Of a stretch of DNA of 20,456 nt, positions 9,706-17,858 are shown in pieces (within the stretch, counting starts at the first letter, position 1; each line of letters starts with the position of its first letter). The position numbers and the translations under genes were made by a program. The notes under the pieces were generated by a model. That model was not told where the DNA came from and ran no database searches. It saw only the letters and a list, made by a program, of their open reading frames with translations. Source of the DNA: an uncultured Nitrososphaerales archaeon (GTDB lineage: Archaea; Thermoproteota; Nitrososphaeria; Nitrososphaerales; Nitrososphaeraceae); assembly GCA_963709405.1 (NCBI GenBank), contig CAVPXM010000059.1, positions 1-20,456 of the forward strand, read 5' to 3'.

Positions 9706-10604
9706 ATCTTCAGGCAGGATTTATATTCATACAAGATCTATCTATACTTTTAAAATAGAAAATCACAAGCCATCCGGTTAATTCTTTGTCACAAGTCACC
9801 AAGATTGAAAGTCCGGCTGAAATATGTTAGGCTCCTTCTCCTCGTCTTCGTATCTCGTAGGAGTGATGTACCAAAGCCACCCAATTGAAGGTTACAACTT
9901 AAAGGAGCATTACACTATACATTTCCGTGACTCCTGCATTATAAAGCCATTTTAGGAACACCTGAGAAATGTCATTTCCCGTATTTGTACGATGTTTCTA
10001 TCAAGATTCCAGCCCGTACTTACGATATTTGATATCTTCTCCCGTGGAGGTCACATTCATGTCCACAGCTTTTTTCGAAATCATCTGAGCCACTAATGTT
10101 CATGCTGTCATAACATCTGTCGATACAACTACACGTGAATGCTTAATGCCCATCAAATTGTGCGAATAGTCCGTGACGAAGCCGACATTGAAAATGACAA
10201 TGTGGCACATTAGGCCTTGAATGTCGCTAGACGTCTTTTCAGACTGGATGGCGATTGTAGTGAATACTCACACCCATTGGTACAATGAATTATTTTTGAA
10301 ATCTAAAATAGATCTACTTACTTTTCCACAAGGTATCTTCATCCTAGGATGATGGCAGATTCATTCTGTCAAAATAATAACTCGTTACTTAATAAATGTC
10401 AATTAAAATCTATAATTATTCATTAGGCACAAGCCTGCATTTACAAATAACGAATAATAATGTTATTGAGTAAATATGGCGAAATCTAGTGATTTTTAGA
10501 CTGTCAAGCATGTCCTGGTACAAGAAGTTGATAGAAAATTGATAGTTACTATAAATTTGCTTCAATACAAAAGACTTTAATCTGCGTTTTGTGTCCGATA
10601 TTCT

Positions 10605-10742
10605 ATGCAAGAAATTCAAAAAGCAAAATGTGCATCATGTGGTGTTACGTTTGTATCTGAAAATGCAAGCACATTATGTCCGTCATGTGCTGAGAATCAG
10701 GGTCACAGTCATGGACATAGTGGCTGTGGTTGTGGACACTAG
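10605..10742 (+). CDS. 45-aa zinc-ribbon-like peptide with His/Cys-rich tail
   Basis: MQEIQKAKCASCGVTFVSENASTLCPSCAENQGHSHGHSGCGCGH*, with two CxxC pairs plus GHSHGHSGCGCGH. It is absent from the ORF track, being shorter than any ORF listed there. Confidence 0.8.
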   Translation: MQEIQKAKCASCGVTFVSENASTLCPSCAENQGHSHGHSGCGCGH

Positions 10743-10902
10743 TAGGTCTAGTATCTAAATCCCTATTCCAGTGAAATCCTACCCAATTATTTTGCTTTGC
10801 AATCAAGGGTTATATTTAATTAAACGATTCTGTTTGCGTAGACTACTTTATCGCAGTGAAATACAACTACGTCAGGAGCATAATAGGTTCTGTATTGACT
10901 AA

Positions 10903-10921
10903 GAACCTATCCGAAAAGTAG
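10903..10921 (+). repeat. Isolated IS5 terminal sequence (solo left end)
   Basis: GAACCTATCCGAAAAGTAG is 18/19 identical to 11078-11096, is similar to the TIR at 891/1862 and is preceded by TTGACTAA. Confidence 0.75.
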
Positions 10922-10925
10922 TTGA

Positions 10926-11077
10926 GCCGTAATTTGACTAATATAGGATTGAAATGATGACTAGGCGGTGTATACCGAACCCCGCCTAGATGGTTGTAAT
11001 TTGACTAATATAGGATTGAAATGATGACTAATGAGAACAAAACAAGTAATGCGAGAAAAATGTTGTAATTTGACTAA
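10926..11077 (+). CRISPR. Orphan CRISPR mini-array: 30-bp repeat, 2 spacers, third repeat interrupted by IS5
   Basis: Repeat GTTGTAATTTGACTAATATAGGATTGAAAT is full at 10993-11022, has its last 27 nt at 10929-10955 and its first 16 nt at 11062-11077. Spacers are 37 nt (10956-10992) and 39 nt (11023-11061). The GTT...ATTGAAAN ends are typical of class 1 repeats. No cas genes in the window. Confidence 0.8.
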
Positions 11078-11465
11078 GAACCCATCCGAAAAGTAGAGTT
11101 TTATTGAGTTATAAGCAAAGTGTGTTTGATCAATAAAGATAAGCTGTACTGCAAGTATCTTCTGAGTTGTTGTATTGATATCAGAGGTTAGTGGAGTTGA
11201 TTCATCTTACTGCATACCTGATGTTGTTTGGGACAGGATCATTGCAGTGCTATCTCCATCAATACGTAGGAGGAAGAAAGAGGCTGGTCGTCCAAGAATG
11301 GATGACAGGAAGGCTATGAGTGCTATTTTCTACGTCCTACGTACAGGCTGTCAGTGGAATGCCCTACCTTCAAGTACAGTACATGACAGATTCCAAGAAT
11401 GGAGAAAGGCTGGTGTTTTCAAGCCAAAATATGGAGAGAATAGTCAAGAAACAACGTTAAGATGA
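11078..11465 (+). mobile_element. Truncated IS5-family element (left end plus transposase N-terminal fragment)
   Basis: Left TIR GAACCCATCCGAAAAG follows TAA. ORF 11175-11465 has IPDVVW, GRPRMDDRKAMSAIFYVLRTGCQWNALP and STVHDRFQEW. It lacks the DDE part and the right end. Confidence 0.85.
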
Positions 11466-11614
11466 ATTTGCTATAGAAATTTAGCTTTCTACAATTAATG
11501 GAATTTAAGATGCACATTCCTGCCAGAGTATTTGCAAATCGCCTCTTGGCCCGGATATATCTAAGACTACCAATCAAATTCAGACTATAAAAATCTCTGC
11601 TTTACCCAAAGTCG

Positions 11615-12067
11615 CTACCTCGCATGCTCTTTTCGGCTATACTTTGTTTTTGTAGTTCGCAGTTTTCTTAATATTATTATCGTGATGGCTATATACGCAA
11701 CCTGCGCTAGCTCACACACCATAGCTACGGCGTCGACATCTCCACCTCTACCGCTGACAGGATTACCGGGCACCCTTGTTACCATATAAAGTGCTATAAA
11801 TGCGATGTTACCTACAATACCGACATAATACCATGGTCTTCCCCACTGTCTTATCATGGGGACTATCCAAAATAGTTGAGCTATGCCTGATCCGAGGAAG
11901 AATATAGCAACAGGAGCACGATGAAGTATTCCATGTGCAAATACTAGTGGCATAAGTATATGGACTAATCCTGCTATTGCACTTGCTATGGCAGCAGCCG
12001 CAAAATAATAATTTTGATAAGAAAAAGGAGGTGAAGTCGACCTTAGTTTATTGTCGTGATTCTTCAT
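11615..12067 (-). CDS. Hypothetical 4-TM membrane protein
   Basis: Four hydrophobic segments (AIAGLVHIL, FFLGSGIAQLFW, YYVGIVGNIAFIALYMVTR, VCELAQVAYIAITIII) and a basic tail. Confidence 0.75.
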   Translation of the reverse strand: MKNHDNKLRSTSPPFSYQNYYFAAAAIASAIAGLVHILMPLVFAHGILHRAPVAIFFLGSGIAQLFWIVPMIRQWGRPWYYVGIVGNIAFIALYMVTRVPGNPVSGRGGDVDAVAMVCELAQVAYIAITIIILRKLRTTKTKYSRKEHAR

Positions 12068-12095
12068 GACTTTGATTTATGCTTATCTTGGTTAA

Positions 12096-12575
12096 TTATG
12101 CTGTTACTTTGCCCTGTATTGGAGTATCTCCAAAGTGATTCTCTGTAAGTTTCGGATCAACTTTTAAGCTAAAATCTCCACCATTGGTTATTTTTATACT
12201 AAGAGGCACATTATTAACTGGTCCATTTTTCAATGATACTGTTGCAGTTCCATTATAAATAGTGCCATCACTACTTTTATTTGGAGTTCCTACTAGCTTG
12301 AAATCATTTATTGTATGCTTATGTTTAGCAGAGCCGTCTAGTTTTGCCATACCAAATGAAGCATCAAACTTAGGAGAGTTAGTATTTAGGTTTGTAATGT
12401 TCCACGTGCCAGAAACCTTCCATTCAGGCTTACCGTTGGGTCCGTTTTGAGTGCTTGAAATAGTCCCACTCTTATCGCTTGCGGACTGTGCAAACGCATT
12501 TGAAACGCCTGTGGTTGCCAAGACCCCTATTACCAACATTAATCCAACTGGGATGGCTAAAGTAAATTTTTTCAT
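12096..12575 (-). CDS. Hypothetical secreted protein (likely start MKKFTL at 12575)
   Basis: Signal peptide ending NAFA, and a beta-rich body with KHKHTI and NHFGDTPIQG motifs. It is co-oriented with the membrane protein gene and 28 bp upstream of it. Confidence 0.75.
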   Translation of the reverse strand: MKKFTLAIPVGLMLVIGVLATTGVSNAFAQSASDKSGTISSTQNGPNGKPEWKVSGTWNITNLNTNSPKFDASFGMAKLDGSAKHKHTINDFKLVGTPNKSSDGTIYNGTATVSLKNGPVNNVPLSIKITNGGDFSLKVDPKLTENHFGDTPIQGKVTA

Positions 12576-12687
12576 TAAAAGACCCATGTAAAATATACTA
12601 TTTATTAATTTGTCCACAACCTCTATATCATAAATTGATCATTCATCTATTAGGTAGTTTGACCAATATTCTTTTTAACATATTGCT

Positions 12688-13703
12688 GCTTTGTTGCACA
12701 AAATCATTATCATATAGGTATGAGTTTGTTGACCAATTGAGATTTAGCTAACATGTAATGAGATTATTGTTGGACATGATTAACTGGTCTTTTTATAACA
12801 AATCGCTAGTTAGGCGAGGTGAAGTTATTCTAGATTTTGATGTCATAGATAGTTGGTATAGTGAGTTGGACTTAATGAATGATGGAAAGAGGGGTGGACA
12901 GTACCACTATCCAGATTCGTTTATCCAATTACTAGGTTACATGAGGGTATATTTTCATCTGCCATACCGCCAAGCAGAAGGCGTAGTCATAGCTCATGCT
13001 GGTAATAAGAAGATACCATCTATTCCAAACTACAGTACAATTAACAGACGTATTAATAACCAGGATATCAGAATCAGCGAACGACATGAAGTAGGTAATG
13101 ATGACGACATCATTATAGCATTAGATAGTACAGGAATCAAAGTTGCTAATAGAGGTGAATGGATACGACATAAATGGCACGTAAGAAGAGGTTATCTGAA
13201 AATACATGTAGCAGTAAACATCAAGAATAAGAAGATTATTTCTTTGGAGGTTACTAGTGAAGAAGTACACGATGGCAAGATGCTAAAGAAGTTGATTGAT
13301 AATGCTTCTGCAAATAACAATGTAAAGGGTGCGTTAGCAGATGGTATGTATGACAGTAATAAGAATTTTAGATATCTATCCAAGAACCATATTAAACCTG
13401 GTATAAAGACAAGAAGTAATTCCAAGGTCAAGACAGGCAACTGTCAAGCAAGGAATAGGTCTGTAATGAGACAACAAACAAATCTCAAAAGATGGAAACA
13501 TAGCGTGAGCTATGGACAAAGGTGGATGGCAGAAACGGTATTCTCGTCTATCAAAAGAACGTTTGGCGAGTATGTAACTGCAAGAAAGTTTCAGAATATG
13601 GCCAAAGAGATGTTGCTAAAAGCATCACTGTATAACATGTTTGCTATCGGGATGTAGAGATATAGATAATGTACGAATGATAAAATGATTCATGCAACAG
13701 AGC
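12688..13703 (+). mobile_element. IS5-family (IS903-like ends) insertion sequence
   Basis: Left end GCTTTGTTGCACAAAATCATT; right end reverse-complements to GCTCTGTTGCATGAATCATT. Single transposase ORF and no matching target duplication. Confidence 0.87.
12758..13657 (+). CDS. IS5-family DDE transposase (likely start 12776)
   Basis: NWSFYNKSLVRRG, IALDSTGIK, YLKIHVAV, ALADGMYDS and YGQRWMAETVFSSIKRTFG. Confidence 0.93.
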   Translation: MRLLLDMINWSFYNKSLVRRGEVILDFDVIDSWYSELDLMNDGKRGGQYHYPDSFIQLLGYMRVYFHLPYRQAEGVVIAHAGNKKIPSIPNYSTINRRINNQDIRISERHEVGNDDDIIIALDSTGIKVANRGEWIRHKWHVRRGYLKIHVAVNIKNKKIISLEVTSEEVHDGKMLKKLIDNASANNNVKGALADGMYDSNKNFRYLSKNHIKPGIKTRSNSKVKTGNCQARNRSVMRQQTNLKRWKHSVSYGQRWMAETVFSSIKRTFGEYVTARKFQNMAKEMLLKASLYNMFAIGM

Positions 13704-13719
13704 TTCTGAAGATATTAAT

Positions 13720-14190
13720 TTGTCCATTAGAAATATTACATTAGTTGCAATTGCATTTCACTTGATATGGGGTGCAATATTTGGATTTATTATTAGCTCT
13801 CTGCTAAGAATCAGGCTTTTTAGAATAAAGGAACACTATAAAGATATTGTTAATATCGATCCGAATATCAGGCAAGTCGCCATTTGCGATTCAGAAGGCA
13901 AGATGATGTACTCTCGTCATCATGATGGAGTAAAGAACTTGCTTACCCCAGAAGAGAGCAAAAAATCACTTGAGATGGCTATGAATGCATGGAAGGTCCG
14001 TAGCGAACTTTCGCACAAGATAGGAAAGGGAAGGTACGTAGTCGCAGAGTATGAAAGGATAAAGCGCATTACTATGCCATTTGGAGATGACTATCTCCTA
14101 TATCTAACAACAGAGACAGGGGCAGACCATTTTGATATAATCAGTCGAATTCGTAAATTAGAGGTAGGGCTAAAGTATTCCAACAGATGA
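13720..14190 (+). CDS. 5'-truncated membrane protein with C-terminal roadblock/LC7-like (DUF6659-like) domain
   Basis: The frame is open from the IS end. One TM helix (AFHLIWGAIFG) precedes IDPNIRQVAICDSEGK...KIGKGRYVVAEYERIKRITMPF. Confidence 0.7.
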   Translation: MSIRNITLVAIAFHLIWGAIFGFIISSLLRIRLFRIKEHYKDIVNIDPNIRQVAICDSEGKMMYSRHHDGVKNLLTPEESKKSLEMAMNAWKVRSELSHKIGKGRYVVAEYERIKRITMPFGDDYLLYLTTETGADHFDIISRIRKLEVGLKYSNR

Positions 14191-14398
14191 ATAACGTATG
14201 ATCTGCTGGTATTTCCCAAGATTCTCTTATTATACAGTATTTGATTAGCTATATACTAGAATGCATGGAAGAAGGACGGTCCGTGAAACCTAAAATATAG
14301 GATTCAATGTTATTAACTGCCCTGTGTATATCGAACCGTCAATCTGTAGAATCCGATGTCTCATTTTAGAGAATGTTTATAATCTGATATGCTGCACA

Positions 14399-14694
14399 TC
14401 ATATTAGAGAACACTCTCCGAGATAACTAAACCGGATATTATGAGAATCAGATATTGTCGCGTTTTGACAGCGATAAATTTCGACCGCATATACATGCTT
14501 ACACTTGAGATCACGACAAGCATGGTCTGGACATGAACAAACCCATCCAGATTGGGTTACAATGACGTTGTAAGTATCGTAGCCAGATTTTGATCTGACA
14601 CTATAATTAAATTTGTTAATCATCATAATGGCGTCACTCGTGCGAGCTCATCAATTTGCCTTGCTCTTCACGGTTAACGAGTTTGTCTAGGCAT
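14399..14694 (-). pseudogene. SWIM zinc-finger protein/remnant
   Basis: WVCSCPDHACRDLKCKHVYAVE fits CxCxnCxH. The N-terminus (LVNREEQGKL) lies in a shifted frame up to ATG ~14694. Confidence 0.72.
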
Positions 14695-14768
14695 CTTTAG
14701 GCAATCGCGCGTGAAGATCAGATTCATAGCATCTTGAACTAGGTATGATTAGAGTTCGACTAACTAAT

Positions 14769-16202
14769 CTAATCCACTATGTCGGAGATCCTCTGTTTCA
14801 ATAAGAGCTTTTCAAAGTAGTTATCAAATTTATTATTAGTAACTATGTCATCAGAATAAATTCCAAGAGTAATTACTCTTCCTCTTTTGTAATCAAGTTC
14901 ATAAGTAGCAATTATAGGCTTATTTGATGCTTGTCCTAGTGATGCAGATGAGGATAGTACTGGGAAATAGGTCTTCGGGATTGAAGCGTTATAGTTAAAC
15001 AATACCACATCATGTGGATTGTCTAAATATTGTTCTTCATGTGGTTTATACCCAAATGGATTATTTTGAAATGCTTTTACGCACAGGTAGCATAGATAAT
15101 TACTTCCGATCCATTGTGAGGTCTCGTTTTTCCACCTCTCGGCTACACTTTTCCATGCGGTTCTACCATTAAATGCCCAATAATGGCCTTTGACTAAGCT
15201 TACCATGTCTTTCTGATGATCATAGTTTACTTCGGCATAAAACACATTACCATCCAAAAGAAGCATAGTACCACCATTTGCAACAAATCTTTTCAAGTTA
15301 TCATATTCTCGCTGTGTGACATATTCTTGATGTCCCAATAAGACAAGATCAAATGCATTACTTCCATTCTTTGTGAACATAAAGCCATTGTCTGCAGCAG
15401 AATCATCAAATACTGTAATATTGGAATCAGGACTCACGTGCTTGATATCAGTAAGGAGTTTTAACATTGAAAACACATAAGGCAAGGATGGATACCATGA
15501 AGCATTAACTGGTACAGATAACAGACTTAGATCGGTAGTAACATTTTTGCCAACTGGTGTGTTACTGTATAGCTTGTAGAATTTATAAAATCCATTGGCA
15601 TATGCGGCAGCCGTAAATGAAGGTTTAACTAATGCAATACGAGGACCTTTTTCAGACGAAACATCTCCTCGTTTCTGAAGGGTTTCGTTAGTTATCTGTT
15701 GCTGCGACAAATTGTCTCGTCTAGTAACTCTGTTGGAAAGCTGAGCAGAGGATGAAGAAGCATTATTAGCTGATATACTAACACTAGTACCATGATTGTT
15801 GTAAATGCCACTATTGATGCTCAGCTTCATTAATGTTAGCAGAGATGAAGACAAAGGTATAGAGACGTTTATTAATGAGTTATTAATACTACTTTCTTCA
15901 TTGGCCTTCCTAGTTAGTGAAGGATAATAGCTCGCCTGTCGGGTTTGCATAGTTACCAATCCAAGTATAGTCTCATTATTACGCTTAACAAATGGAGAGG
16001 TTATTTGTAGCTTCTTTATGCTATTGCTCAGTTGAGTTTTAACATCATATACTTTGGCTAATGCTCCCGTATGTAGAGATAAGCCACCACCTCCATTATT
16101 AATCCTGTAATTATTCAATAAATCGTCATAAGCGGACAAGATTACTGCCATGATGATCATGGAAATAATAGTCACTAAGGACAATGCCTTTAACTTCTGC
16201 AT
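14769..16202 (-). CDS. Membrane-anchored protein with N,N-dimethylformamidase beta-subunit-like C-terminal domain
   Basis: N-terminal TM, Ser/Asn-rich linker, then PSFTAAAY and LLGHQEYVTQREYDNLKRFVANGGTMLLLDGNVFYAEV, resembling the GHxEY...GGxxxxxxGN motif of this family. Confidence 0.68.
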   Translation of the reverse strand: MQKLKALSLVTIISMIIMAVILSAYDDLLNNYRINNGGGGLSLHTGALAKVYDVKTQLSNSIKKLQITSPFVKRNNETILGLVTMQTRQASYYPSLTRKANEESSINNSLINVSIPLSSSLLTLMKLSINSGIYNNHGTSVSISANNASSSSAQLSNRVTRRDNLSQQQITNETLQKRGDVSSEKGPRIALVKPSFTAAAYANGFYKFYKLYSNTPVGKNVTTDLSLLSVPVNASWYPSLPYVFSMLKLLTDIKHVSPDSNITVFDDSAADNGFMFTKNGSNAFDLVLLGHQEYVTQREYDNLKRFVANGGTMLLLDGNVFYAEVNYDHQKDMVSLVKGHYWAFNGRTAWKSVAERWKNETSQWIGSNYLCYLCVKAFQNNPFGYKPHEEQYLDNPHDVVLFNYNASIPKTYFPVLSSSASLGQASNKPIIATYELDYKRGRVITLGIYSDDIVTNNKFDNYFEKLLLKQRISDIVD

Positions 16203-16388
16203 TTTCTAAAGATGTGTCACCTCGTCATCCTCTATTTCTGATGGACATAATAGATTTACGCGACACACACACTATAAATTATTGATTAACAATGTTATTC
16301 AATTTTTAGCCGACAGATCTATGAAAATAATCTTTATCACTTGTGGTCCCAACAAAGAATTAGATGGTGAACTGTGATCTGGTAAAGC

Positions 16389-16929
16389 GGCTCTGTAAAG
16401 TTAAGGAAAAGCTATAGGTTTCTTTCTCGTTTTTATATATGGTATACCAAGTAAGAAAAAGAACGGAACCTGAAGACATAGTATATGCTTTGCATCTTTA
16501 TTTTAATGGTATTTCGTTAAGAAATACTTCTAAGGCCATATCCAAATTTGTTACAAGAAGCCATACTGCCATAAGAGATTGGATTCAAAAGTATAATCCT
16601 AAAAGATTGTTCTATAGAAAGACCAAGATATTCGAATTCATACTCGACGAAACCCAAATCAAAGTTGGTTCTGAGTTAATTAATTTGGCTTTGGGTTGCC
16701 ATAGAGCCTGAAAGTAAAGAGGTTCTAAGATTGAATATATCAAAAGAGAGAAATATGTTTGTGGCAGAGATTTCTATCAAATGTTGTAAAAGAATATGGG
16801 AACATCCGGTTTCTACCGATGGCGGTACTTGGTATCCACAAGCCTGTCAATTCTTGAAACTAAATCATCGTCACATCCATTCTTCATATAAGAAAACTAT
16901 CATAGAAAGGACGATACAGTATATAATAA
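16389..16929 (+). mobile_element. IS6-family element remnant (frameshifted transposase, cut off by IS1595)
   Basis: Putative left end GGCTCTGTAAAGTTAA at 16389. Fragments LHLYFNGISLRNTS, RSHTAIRDWIQK, ILDETQIKVG, HPVSTDGGTWYPQAC and IIERTIQYI are spread over several frames. Confidence 0.82.
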
Positions 16930-17858
16930 GGTAATACCTAAGAAGTTGGAACAGTTCTTACCATTATTTTAGCTAGTAATCGGAAGATATCTTCGTTCCT
17001 ATGGTTGAATCTAAATTCTATTTCTTTAAGGTACAGGTAAAAGTACTGTTTGGGTACTCCTCGATAATGATACAACCAGGTCTTTGCATAACTCCAGAAT
17101 CCTTCAATACCATTGATATGACTAGTATCTTCACGTACATATTCTTCCATTCGATGAGCAATTATCTGATGTTTTCCGATTAGATCTAATGAAGCATATG
17201 CAGTATGGTCATCGGTATAATACAAGGAACCCTTCTTAGTATGGAGTTTAATTAATGGAATTAATGTATCATGTATTCTGTCAGATACAGGAAATGTGAT
17301 GACCTTGCCATTCCTCTGATATATTCCAAATACCAGGCTTTTACCTTCTGCACCCCATCCGCGTTTTCCTTTCCTATGTCCACCAAATAATGCTTCGTCT
17401 ATTTCTATTTCTCCTGACAGCTTCTTCAGCTCCTTTAATTTCTGAAGTGATTCATTGTAGATTGATTGTCTGAATACTCTGAATGTTCTCTCTATTGTGG
17501 CCAAGCTAAGTGGAACATAAAATCGGATTCTGTACGCTGGTACTCCAAGAGCATAGAGATAGAGGAGGTGCACTAGTATATCAAGTGGGAAATAAAACTC
17601 TCCAAGATAAGTTCCTGTCAACTCTCCAAATTTGTATCTGCAACGTTTGCATCCAAACCTCTTATCTTTAAGATGGTACAACAATCGATATCCACATCTT
17701 GGACATCGTCTCCTTCCTTTCCATCTAGCATGACGCAAATATACGCGGCTTTTTGTCACACTTCCAGCGAGTTCTATAGGACTAGATTCACGCACGCATC
17801 ACGAATAGGGCACTAGAAATTATCCCTTATTATCTGTTCCAAGTTCTTGGGTATTACC
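16930..17858 (-). mobile_element. IS1595-family insertion sequence
   Basis: 25-bp TIRs GGTAATACCTAAGAAGTTGGAACAG (16930-16954) and 17834-17858 match at 23/25. The flanks (TATAATAA / AAAATTTA) are not duplicated. Confidence 0.92.
16938..17795 (-). CDS. IS1595-family (ISXO2-like) transposase
   Basis: Zn ribbon CPRC...CKRC, EIEIDEALFGG, KGKRGWGAEGK, YYTDDHTAY, HINGIEGFWS and YLKEIEFRFN. Confidence 0.94.
   Translation of the reverse strand: MRESSPIELAGSVTKSRVYLRHARWKGRRRCPRCGYRLLYHLKDKRFGCKRCRYKFGELTGTYLGEFYFPLDILVHLLYLYALGVPAYRIRFYVPLSLATIERTFRVFRQSIYNESLQKLKELKKLSGEIEIDEALFGGHRKGKRGWGAEGKSLVFGIYQRNGKVITFPVSDRIHDTLIPLIKLHTKKGSLYYTDDHTAYASLDLIGKHQIIAHRMEEYVREDTSHINGIEGFWSYAKTWLYHYRGVPKQYFYLYLKEIEFRFNHRNEDIFRLLAKIMVRTVPTS

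Noticed and set aside
9780-10420. Long intergenic stretch upstream of the kinase
   Set aside because: Partial hand translation gave only short frames with no recognisable family, and no repeat or RNA structure could be supported.
10416-10619. 67-aa minus-strand ORF (also 19644-19850 plus strand)
   Set aside because: No motifs, and the composition fits non-coding AT-rich DNA. The first overlaps the start of the better supported Cys/His peptide.
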